From positions 6,477 through 70,476 of the forward strand of contig JACQAL010000002.1 of assembly GCA_016195025.1 (NCBI GenBank): a stretch of DNA of 64,000 bases, in the 5' to 3' direction. Positions 1-8,400 of the stretch are shown here, piece after piece. The stretch's first letter is position 1. Each line of letters opens with the position of its first letter. The stretch is from Bacteroidota bacterium (GTDB lineage Bacteria > Bacteroidota > Bacteroidia > Palsa-948). The notes beneath the pieces are model-generated. The model did not search any database. It worked only from the letters and a program-made list of their open reading frames with translations, and was not told the DNA's origin. Made by a program: the position numbers and the translations under genes.

Positions 1-757
1 CAAAAGGATACATCGGCACCGGCTATGATGCTTCTGTAAACTACAGCGACTTTTATGAATATGACCCCGGAACCGACACATGGACACCGAAAGCCGCTTT
101 TGCAGGAGGCACGAGGCGCAATGCTGTTGGTTTTTCCATCGGCACAAAAGGATACATCGGCACAGGTTTTCCAAGTTCAAACGATTTTTGGGAGTACGAC
201 CCATCAGGAAATACATGGACGGCAAAAACTCCATTCGGAGGAACCGCAAGATACGGAGCTGTTGTTTTGCCTTTGGCGGAAAAGGATACATTGGCACAGG
301 CAATGATGCAAGTGGAAAAACAAATGATTTCTGGGAATGGGACCCAATGACAAATGTATGGACTGCAAGAGCTTCTTTTGCAGGAACAGCAAGAGTATAT
401 GCTGCTGGCTTTTCTATCGGCAGCAAAGGATATATTGGAACAGGGCAAGATGGTTCTCCTTATGTAAGCGACTATTGGCAATACAGCGCCATAAATGATG
501 CGGTGAATGAAATCAATCTTGATAATTATTTTTCTGTTTCCCCCAACCCCACCAGCGGAGTGTTTGAATTGCGGATTGCGGATTGCCAAAATTGCGGATT
601 GAAAATTTACAATACGCTCGGAGAAATTGTTCACCAATCCGAAATCCACACTCCGCAATCCAAAATTGATTTGAGCGCCTCGCCCGGTGGAGTTTATTTT
701 CTCCAACTCACCACCGATAAGGGAATTGCAAGAAAGAAAATTGTAATCAGCAAATAA
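1..757 (+). pseudogene. Kelch-like repeat protein with a T9SS type-A C-terminal sorting domain. It is 5'-partial (it runs off the window start) and carries an apparent -1 frameshift near position 265.
   Basis: Frame 3 from nt 3 and frame 2 from about nt 266 both encode repeated 'AVGFSIGxKGYIGTG...DFWEYDPxxNTWTxK' units. The two frames join only if one G is restored in 'gctgttgTTTTgcc' (compare 'gctgttggtttttcc' at 124-138). The C-terminus 'VSPNPTSGVFEL...GGVYFLQLTTDKGIARKKIVISK' is a Por secretion tail. Confidence 0.6.
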
Positions 758-846
758 TTTATATTTGTTCCCATTCAGTTTCGTACATTCGTTCCGCTAA
801 AAGGCGGAATCCGTCCTTTGGCGGATAAAAATTCGTATTCGTAGCT

Positions 847-1818
847 ATGAAAAGGAAATTGGTTTTCTTATTTATTACGATTAATTTTCCGGTTGTTCTT
901 TTTTCTCAGGATACTTACTTTTCTCAATACAATTCTTTTCCGCTTCAATTAGATAAATCATTGGCAGGAAGCGCAGGTTGTTCGCGTGCTCTGGCAGGAA
1001 CACGCCTGCAATGGCTGAATTTTGATGGCGGATACATCACCCGATATTTTTCTTACGACCAGTATTCAAGGCATATCTGTGGCGGATTGGGATTGGACTA
1101 CTCTCATTCTGATGAATCGAACGGAGTAATAAAAAATGATTTTGTTTACCTGACCTATTCTCCTTCCATCTCAATTGGAAAAAGAGATTCTTCCGATTCG
1201 CTCAGACCTGTTGTTATTAAACCTGCATTCAATGGAGGATATGTGCGGCATTGGTTTGATTATTCTCAATTAACTTTTGGAGACGAGATAGACCCTTATT
1301 ACGGATTTATCTATGGAACACGGGAAACACAAAACCAATACATAGTTAATGCGCTTGATTTTGGTGCGGGATTATCTGTGTATGGAAAAACTTTTGTTGC
1401 CGGATTTTACGCACATCATATTACGCAACCTGATTTGGCTTTTGTATACGGCAATGGCCCATTGTACATGAGAAAAGTTTTTCATGCTTCCTATCTGCTG
1501 AAGTGCAAATGGCTTGGCAAATTCACGCTTGTTCCTTCATGCGTATATGAAGCGCAGGGCAATGTAAGAAGAACTGAACTTTCATTGTCTGCAAAGTATG
1601 ATAAATATATTCTGGGAATCAGCCGCAGGTTTGCAAGTTCTGTTGTGTTCATGGCGGGCGTTGAATATAAATTTCTGAAGGTTGGGTATGCGTATGATTT
1701 GAACACAACGCCCATAAGCAAAATAGTTGGCGCAACGCATGAAATACTTTTATGTTCACGGTTTGCTTGCAGGGAGAAAAAGAAAAGAATAAGAACGCTG
1801 AAGTTTTTCGGAATGTAA
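847..1818 (+). CDS. T9SS membrane protein of the PorP/SprF family
   Basis: 323 aa with a signal peptide, then 'QDTYFSQYNSFPLQLDKSLAGSAG', which matches the conserved PorP/SprF N-terminal motif (QxxxFSQY...NPA.AG). The size (about 320 aa) fits and it sits next to T9SS cargo genes. Confidence 0.75.
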   Translation: MKRKLVFLFITINFPVVLFSQDTYFSQYNSFPLQLDKSLAGSAGCSRALAGTRLQWLNFDGGYITRYFSYDQYSRHICGGLGLDYSHSDESNGVIKNDFVYLTYSPSISIGKRDSSDSLRPVVIKPAFNGGYVRHWFDYSQLTFGDEIDPYYGFIYGTRETQNQYIVNALDFGAGLSVYGKTFVAGFYAHHITQPDLAFVYGNGPLYMRKVFHASYLLKCKWLGKFTLVPSCVYEAQGNVRRTELSLSAKYDKYILGISRRFASSVVFMAGVEYKFLKVGYAYDLNTTPISKIVGATHEILLCSRFACREKKKRIRTLKFFGM

Positions 1819-1819
1819 G

Positions 1820-2251
1820 TTACAGGAAGAGCGTGAACTTCCCCTGAAATTTATAATACTCACCGTTTTTGTCTTTCGCTTCAATGTAATAACCCAATGT
1901 CTGCATTGCCATACTATTTCCATCTGTTCCTCTTCCGTCAAACTTTGCCGGAGTGTTATACTTGACAATAATTTTTCCTGTCCTGTCAAAAATACTCAGG
2001 TGATAATCGGAAGAATCCAGTCCGCATGATTTTGGTTCCCAATAATCATTAGAGCCATCTCCATTTGGAGTAAATCCGGTTGGAACATAAAATGCAAAAG
2101 TTATGGGAGGTACGGTGCAACTGCAATTAACATTGTATGTTTTGGCAACCGTTTCATAAGTAATGAGTGAATCATAGTCCGGCTTCTGTTTTTCTTTTTT
2201 GCAGGAAGCAATTACAAGAACGAAAAGAAAAAATATAATCACGCGATTCAT
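1820..2251 (-). CDS. Small lipoprotein made up almost entirely of a T9SS type-B (gliding-motility-associated) C-terminal domain
   Basis: The internal start 'MNRVIIFFLFVLVIASC' gives a lipoprotein signal with a lipobox. 'FYVPTGFTPNGDGSNDYWEP...LSIFDRTGKII' is the hallmark FTPNGDGxND type-B CTD. The longer ORF-track start at 2473 runs back through the PIN gene region and is unlikely. Confidence 0.6.
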   Translation of the reverse strand: MNRVIIFFLFVLVIASCKKEKQKPDYDSLITYETVAKTYNVNCSCTVPPITFAFYVPTGFTPNGDGSNDYWEPKSCGLDSSDYHLSIFDRTGKIIVKYNTPAKFDGRGTDGNSMAMQTLGYYIEAKDKNGEYYKFQGKFTLFL

Positions 2252-2305
2252 GGCACTAAGATAAAACAAAATATTGGAATAATAATTTCTACATTTGCCT
2301 CCACT

Positions 2306-2398
2306 ATGAAAACCCTCCAATTCCGCGAAGCCCTCCGCGAAGCCATGAGCGAAGAAATGCGTGCCGTGTTCCTTAAGCGGACAAAATTTAATGATTAA
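2306..2398 (+). pseudogene. Duplicated remnant of the pdhB 5' end (MKTLQFREALREAMSEEMRA, then out-of-context residues to a stop)
   Basis: Nucleotides 2315-2366 are identical to 3057-3108, the first 52 nt after the pdhB start, and weaker similarity continues for about 15 nt. It is followed immediately by the inserted PIN cassette. Confidence 0.6.
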
Positions 2399-2400
2399 CT

Positions 2401-2856
2401 TTGTGCATGAGAATTTATATTGATACTTCTGTAATTGGTGGATATTTTGATGAAGAATTTGAGGAAAGTTCAAAAAAACTCTTTGATGAATTCAAGGCAG
2501 GAAAAAAAACAATGATTATTTCGGATGTTACGCTCAAGGAATTAGAAGATGCCCCTGTACGAGTACGCAGTTTACTTGACACGGTTTCCGATAAGCATAA
2601 AGAAATTGTTTTACTCGATGATGAAGCAAGAGAACTTGCCAACCATTATCTGAAAGAAAAAATTGTAACAGAAAAATCATTGGCAGATACCAGGCACATT
2701 GCAATTGCTTCCGTAAACCGCGCAGATGTTCTGGTGAGTTGGAATTTTAAACATATTGTGAACTATAAACTCATTCGCCTTTATAATTCTGTAAACTTAA
2801 AATTTGGTTACCCGATGCTTGAAATAAGAACACCTCAAGAAACAGTGGAACCTTAA
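2401..2856 (+). CDS. PIN-domain protein (VapC-like ribonuclease fold); the start may be M at 2407
   Basis: 'MRIYIDTSVI...' carries the N-terminal acidic Asp of the PIN fold. The segment 'TRHIAIASVNRADVLVSWNFKH' is typical of PilT-N/PIN proteins. Length is 151 aa. Confidence 0.65.
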   Translation: MCMRIYIDTSVIGGYFDEEFEESSKKLFDEFKAGKKTMIISDVTLKELEDAPVRVRSLLDTVSDKHKEIVLLDDEARELANHYLKEKIVTEKSLADTRHIAIASVNRADVLVSWNFKHIVNYKLIRLYNSVNLKFGYPMLEIRTPQETVEP

Positions 2857-2868
2857 AAAATAATACAA

Positions 2869-3027
2869 ATGAGAAAGAAAAAATTTGACTCCGTCAAAAT
2901 GATGCGTGAAATCAGGAATAAACTGAGTAAGCGCTGGGCAAAAAATCCTGAACAGGAAATGGCAGATTTGGAAAGGATAAGGAGCAAGTATAAAATCAGG
3001 AAAAGAACAAAAAAACACGCTGCATAA
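2869..3027 (+). CDS. Small basic ORF of 52 aa (MRKKKFDSVKMMREIRNKLSKRWAKNPEQEMADLERIRSKYKIRKRTKKHAA); possibly the partner of the PIN protein
   Basis: The ATG lies 13 nt after the PIN stop. It is Lys/Arg-rich, is not in the ORF track (under 60 aa), and lies inside the inserted cassette. Confidence 0.3.
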   Translation: MRKKKFDSVKMMREIRNKLSKRWAKNPEQEMADLERIRSKYKIRKRTKKHAA

Positions 3028-3047
3028 AATCAACCTAACTTATAACG

Positions 3048-4025
3048 GTGAAAGTTCTCCAATTCCGCGAAGCCCTCCGCGAAGCCATGAGCGAAGAAAT
3101 GCGTGCCGATGAGCGCGTGTTCCTCATGGGCGAAGAAGTGGCGGAGTACAATGGCGCTTATAAAGTGAGCCAGGGAATGCTTGCCGAGTTTGGCGCAAAG
3201 CGCGTGGTGGATACTCCCATTGCCGAACTCGGTTTCACCGGCATTGGCGTGGGTGCTGCCATGAACGGCTTGCGCCCCATCATCGAGTTCATGACATTTA
3301 ATTTTTCACTCGTTGCCATTGACCAGGTAATCAACAACGCGAGCAAATTATATAACATGAGCGGAGGGCAGTTTAATGTTCCCATTGTTTTCAGAGGACC
3401 CACGGCTTCTGCCGGGCAGTTGGCGGCACAGCACTCCAATGCGTTTGACAATTGGTATGCAAACTGCGCGGGGCTGAAAGTGATTGTGCCTTCCAATCCT
3501 GCCGATGCGAAAGGTTTATTGAAGAGCGCCATCCGCGATGATGACCCGGTGATTTTTATGGAAAGCGAACAGATGTATGGCGACAAAGGCGAAGTTCCCG
3601 AAGGAGAATACGTGATTCCGATTGGCGTTGCCGATATAAAAAGAGAAGGAAGCGATGTTACCATTGTGAGTTTCGGAAAAATTATTAAGGAAGCGTATAA
3701 AGCCGCGGACGAACTTGCCAGAGAAAATATTTCTGCCGAAGTGATTGACCTGCGCACCATCCGCCCGATTGATTATGCAGCGGTGGTGGAGTCGGTGAAG
3801 AAAACCAACCGCCTCGTGATTCTTGAAGAAGCATGGCCCCTCGGAAATATTTCCACAGAGATTACTTACCACATTCAGAAGAATGCGTTTGATTATTTAG
3901 ATGCTCCCGTCCGCAGGGTGAACTGCGAAGATGTTCCGCTCTCCTATTCCGCTCCGTTTGTGGAAGCCGCCCTGCCGAACATGAAAAAAGTGATTCGCGC
4001 GGTGAAGGAGGTAATGTATCTCTGA
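3048..4025 (+). CDS. pdhB: Pyruvate (2-oxoacid) dehydrogenase E1 component, beta subunit (transketolase-like), with a GTG start
   Basis: 325 aa beginning 'MKVLQFREALREAMSEEMRADERVFLMGEEVAEYNGAYKVSQGMLAEFG...'. This is the canonical E1-beta N-terminus, with the C-terminal transketolase domain 'VTIVSFGK...DLRTIRPID'. Confidence 0.9.
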   Translation: MKVLQFREALREAMSEEMRADERVFLMGEEVAEYNGAYKVSQGMLAEFGAKRVVDTPIAELGFTGIGVGAAMNGLRPIIEFMTFNFSLVAIDQVINNASKLYNMSGGQFNVPIVFRGPTASAGQLAAQHSNAFDNWYANCAGLKVIVPSNPADAKGLLKSAIRDDDPVIFMESEQMYGDKGEVPEGEYVIPIGVADIKREGSDVTIVSFGKIIKEAYKAADELARENISAEVIDLRTIRPIDYAAVVESVKKTNRLVILEEAWPLGNISTEITYHIQKNAFDYLDAPVRRVNCEDVPLSYSAPFVEAALPNMKKVIRAVKEVMYL

Positions 4026-4031
4026 TTTATT

Positions 4032-4068
4032 CCCCCTTAATGAAGGGGGCAATCCCGCTTTGCGGGAT
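4032..4068 (+). terminator. Two tandem GC-rich hairpins downstream of pdhB
   Basis: 'CCCCCTTaatgAAGGGGG' (4032-4049) and 'ATCCCGCtttGCGGGAT' (4052-4068), 7 nt after the stop. No strong T-tract follows, which is common in Bacteroidota. Confidence 0.45.
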
Positions 4069-4223
4069 GGGGGATGTCTTCTCATATCTTGTTAGCAACT
4101 TTCATCTTCCCTTCGGAAGAGAAAAATTTACATTCGCGTAAAATATTTCAGCACTCGTTCGTTACGTGCTCGTTTCTACAACCCGAAATTTGAACCATTA
4201 ACCCTAAACTTTCCAACTCTTCC

Positions 4224-5291
4224 ATGAAAAAACATTTCCTTTCTTTTTGCCTGCTGCTTACTGCCAACTGCCAACTTGTATTTTCCCAGATGGCCGGCAA
4301 TTCCACCTACAACCAGGCGGCAGAAAATTACAAATCATCCCTTTCTCTTCGCGGTAGCAGATCTAATTCCGAAAGTATAACAGGGTATGAAGCACCTAAA
4401 ATGTCAAATTACGATTATCAGCAGCAAACGCAAACCTATTACACTTCTTCCGTTGCAAATGCATGGGTGATTAGCGATACTGTTTTTGAATTGAGCGTGA
4501 ATGCGCTGATGAATGCGCACGCCAACTCGTATGTGGTTTCTCTCGGAGTTTCGCAGGCAGCGGGCACCATTGATTCCTGTCAGCAAATCATCAACGAGCG
4601 AATCAATAATTTCATTGCGCAACTTATGAAGTCAGGAATAAAGAAGGAAGATATATTTATTGATTTTGTTTCGCAGGTTCCCGTTTTCGAAGTTGCCATT
4701 GAAAAAAAGATTTTCAGCAAGCGCTATAACGAACTGCCCAGCGGGTTTGAACTCAAGAAAAATATTCACATCGCTTACAGGAAAAATGAAACGCTTGATG
4801 AAATTGTAACGCTTGCCGCCAAGAGCGAGATTTACGACATCATCAAAGTGGATTACATCATCAATACTATTTCTGCCGTGTACGACACGCTTCGCAATGC
4901 ATCCATAAAATTGCTGAATGAAAAAGCGGAGGACTATAAAAAACTCGGAATCAAATTTAATCCTAAGTTCCAGGTGATGGCGGAAGATGTGCAGGCGGTT
5001 TATCCGATTGAGCGCTATAAAAGTTATACTGCTTACAACAATTCATCTTTGCAGGCGCTGAAGAAAAGCGGAGTTTCTTCCACCAGCATTACTTACCAGC
5101 CCAAGCAAGCCACGCTTTACTACGATAAACTTCCCTACAACAATTATGATATAGTAATAAATCCGGTTGTGATTGAACCTGCCGCGCAGTTCACCTATAG
5201 TTTGAAAGTGCGTTATACTTACAAAGATGATTATGTTCCGAAAGAAAAAGTAACACCAATAACAACGACAGTAACTCCTCCTAAAAAATAA
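4224..5291 (+). CDS. Secreted protein of unknown function, possibly SIMPL/DUF541-like
   Basis: Signal peptide 'MKKHFLSFCLLLTANCQLVFSQ'. 'VVSLGVSQAAGTIDSCQQIINERINNFIAQLMKSGIKKEDIFIDFVSQVPVFE' loosely follows the SIMPL pattern. No catalytic motifs were recognised. Confidence 0.35.
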   Translation: MKKHFLSFCLLLTANCQLVFSQMAGNSTYNQAAENYKSSLSLRGSRSNSESITGYEAPKMSNYDYQQQTQTYYTSSVANAWVISDTVFELSVNALMNAHANSYVVSLGVSQAAGTIDSCQQIINERINNFIAQLMKSGIKKEDIFIDFVSQVPVFEVAIEKKIFSKRYNELPSGFELKKNIHIAYRKNETLDEIVTLAAKSEIYDIIKVDYIINTISAVYDTLRNASIKLLNEKAEDYKKLGIKFNPKFQVMAEDVQAVYPIERYKSYTAYNNSSLQALKKSGVSSTSITYQPKQATLYYDKLPYNNYDIVINPVVIEPAAQFTYSLKVRYTYKDDYVPKEKVTPITTTVTPPKK

Positions 5292-5304
5292 GGAAGACGT
5301 GGAA

Positions 5305-5345
5305 GAGCGGAAGATTGGTATTTGTCATTCTTCCGTCCTTCCCCC
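5305..5345 (+). terminator. Imperfect hairpin after the 4224-5291 gene
   Basis: 'GGAAGAGCGGAAGAttggtatttgtcaTTCTTCCGTCCTTCC' pairs over 13-15 bp with one or two mismatches. There is no T-tract. Confidence 0.3.
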
Positions 5346-5400
5346 TACAAGAAATTCGATTTCAAAAATATTTCCACCCACATAATTAAAATCTTAAAAC

Positions 5401-8400
5401 ATGAATCGCAAAATGATGCTCACGCTCACTGCGCTCGCAGTGATTGGAATTGTTTCCATTCCTTTCCTGAAAAAAAGCGGAACTGTTTCAGGCGCGCAGA
5501 AAGTAAATCCTGAATACAGCGAATATATTTCTGCATTCACTGCCGGATATATTTCTTCGGAAAGCACCATCCGCATTGTTCTCGCAAGCGAAGCGGAAGG
5601 CGAACACGAGTTCAACAAACCAACGGATGAAAAATTATTTTCCTTCTCTCCGAACATTGAGGGGACAACGGTGTGGATTGACAACCGCACGCTCGAATTC
5701 CGCCCGAAGAGTAAACTTCCTTCGGGACAGAAATACGATTGCACGTTTCATCTTTCGAAAGTCACAGGCGTCCCTTCCAACCTCGAAGATTTTGATTTCA
5801 CTTTTTCCACGCTCACGCAATCGTATGATGTGTATGTGGACGGAATGAAAACTGTTGACAAGAAAAATATGGTCTGGCAAAAAATTGCAGGGCAGATTGT
5901 AGTTGCCGATAATGTGGAGAACGATGCCGTGGAAAAAATGCTCAGCGCAATTGAAGGAGGAAGAAAATTAAAAATCACATGGGAGCACAGCGTTGAAAAC
6001 AAACACAAATTCTCGATTGACAGCGTGGAGCGCAAAGAAAAAGAAATGGAAGTTCTCATCGAATGGACAGGTGCGCCAATCGGTGTGGAAGGAGGCAACT
6101 CGCAGAAGTTTATGATTCCCGCTCTTGGAGATTTTAAAGTGATGGATATAAAAGTTATTCAGGAACCCGAACAATATGTTTCCGTTCAGTTCTCAGACCC
6201 GCTTCTCGAAAAACAAAATCTCGATGGATTAATTTCCTGTGACAACAGCGGAGTGAATGTAACTTTCAAATATATCATTGAAGACAACGAAGTGAAAGCA
6301 TATCCTTCCACGCGCCAGAGCGGAGTGAGAAATATAAATGTGGAACCCGGAGTGAAAAACATTCTCGGCTACGCGCTCAAATCAAAAATGACTATGGAAG
6401 TGATGTTCGAAGAACTCAAGCCGCAGGTGAGCATGACGGGCAAAGGCGTGATTCTTCCGAGTTCGAACGAAGGATTTGTTCTTCCCTTTCAGGCAGTGAG
6501 TTTGAAAGCGGTGGATGTGAAAGTGATTAAGATTTTTGAAAACAACATTGCGCAGTTTCTGCAGGTGAATGAACTGGGCGGAGAAAGAGAATTGAAAAGA
6601 GTGGGAAGAGTGATGCTCAAAAAAACCATTCAACTGAATCCGAAGAGCGAAGTGGATTTGCACAAGTGGTCAACTTACTATCTGGATTTATCCGATTTGG
6701 TGAAAGCCGAGCCGGGCGCTATATATAAGGTATCACTTGGTTTCCGCAAGTCGCAATCGGTTTGTCATTGCGAAGGCGAAACAAAAAATAAATCGAACAC
6801 GGTGGAAGTGGATGAGGAATTCAACGCGGACAATAACACGGATGACAATGTGCAAACTAATTATTATGATTATTACGGAGAAGATTATTATGGCGAAGGT
6901 TATTATGATGAAGAAGGCGGTGGTTATAATTACAGCGAGCGCGATGACCCGTGCAAGTCAAGTTTCTATCGCAGCAGCCACGAAGTAAGCCGCAATATTC
7001 TCGCGTCTGATTTAGGAATTATTGCGAAGAAAGGAACGGGCGGACAAATGACTTTTCTTGTAACCGATTTGAAAACCACCAAGCCGCAATCGGGAGTGAA
7101 CATCGAACTCTACAATTACCAGCAGCAATTAATTTCTTCTCTCAAAACAAACGGAGAAGGAATGGTGCAGATAGACAACATGAAAAAAGTTCCGTTCCTT
7201 CTCGTTGCGAAAACCGGAAATCAAAGAGGATATTTAAAACTGGATGACGGCTCTTCGCTTTCGCTTTCGATGTTTGATGTGGGCGGACAAACGGTGGAAA
7301 AAGGAATGAAAGGATTTATTTATGGCGAACGCGGTGTGTGGCGCCCGGGCGATTCGATTTATCTTTCCTTCATTCTCGAAGACAAACAAAAAACACTGCC
7401 TGCAAATCATCCCGTCACCATGGAATTAATTAATCCAAGATGGCAGACGGTAAAAAAACTTACTTCGACAAAAGGACTGAACGGCTTCTATAATTTTTCC
7501 ACTTCTACTTCGCAGGATGCTCCCACAGGAAACTGGACGGCAAGAGTAAAAGTGGGAGGTGCAACTTTCTCCAAAGATTTGAAAGTGGAAACCATCATGC
7601 CGAACCGTCTGAAACTTCATCTGGATTTTGGCGCGGAAAAAATTTATTCCAATGCAAAAGATGTAAAAGGCGAACTCGAAGTGAAATGGCTGCACGGTGC
7701 AATTGCGCGCGGGCTTGCCGCAAAAGTGGATGTTACGCTTGCGGAACAAGTCACCGAGTTCAAGGGTTTCGATGGATTTGAGTTTGATGACCCGACAGTG
7801 CATTTCGAAACGGAACAGCAGACAATTTTTGACGGCAATCTTTCGCAGGAAGGAAAAGCGACTGTGATTCCCAATCTGAAAACAAAAACTTCTGCGCAAG
7901 GAATGCTGCGCGCGAGTTTTGTGGTAAGAGTTTTTGAAGAAGGCGGAAATTTTTCCATAGATAGATTTTCTCTTCCGTATTCTCCGTTCCCTTCGTATGT
8001 CGGAATAAAATCTCCCGAAGGAGATAAATATTCCGGGATGATTATGACCGATACGAACAACGTGGTGCAGGTTGCGACTGTGGATGAAAACGGAAAACCG
8101 ATTTCCCGCGACAAACTCATTGTGAAAATTTATAAAGTGCAGTGGCGCTGGTGGTGGGATTCGTACGAAGAAAATCTCGGACAGTATGTGGGCGATGAAT
8201 ATCATCAGCCCTATCAGACGAAAGAAATTTCTACTGTGAATGGTAAAGGACAATTCATTCTCCGCGTGAACAAACCGGATTGGGGAAGATTTCTTGTTCG
8301 CATCACCGACCCTGTGAGCGGGCATTCCACCGGAAAAACAATTTACATTGACTGGCCTTCGTGGCGTGAGCGCGGAAACCAGGGCGACAATCAAGCGGCA

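Noticed and set aside
2401-2473. Extension of the type-B CTD lipoprotein ORF (1820-2473 minus) across the start of the PIN gene
   Set aside because: The upstream 74 residues lack a signal peptide and overlap the PIN gene and duplicated pdhB fragment on the other strand. The internal Met with a lipobox at 2251 is the credible start.
4150-4180. tRNA-like T-arm resemblance ('ggttcaaatttcgggttg' on the minus strand)
   Set aside because: No acceptor, D-arm or anticodon-arm complementarity could be built around it, and it does not match the GGTTCGAATCC consensus. No tRNA is called anywhere in the window.
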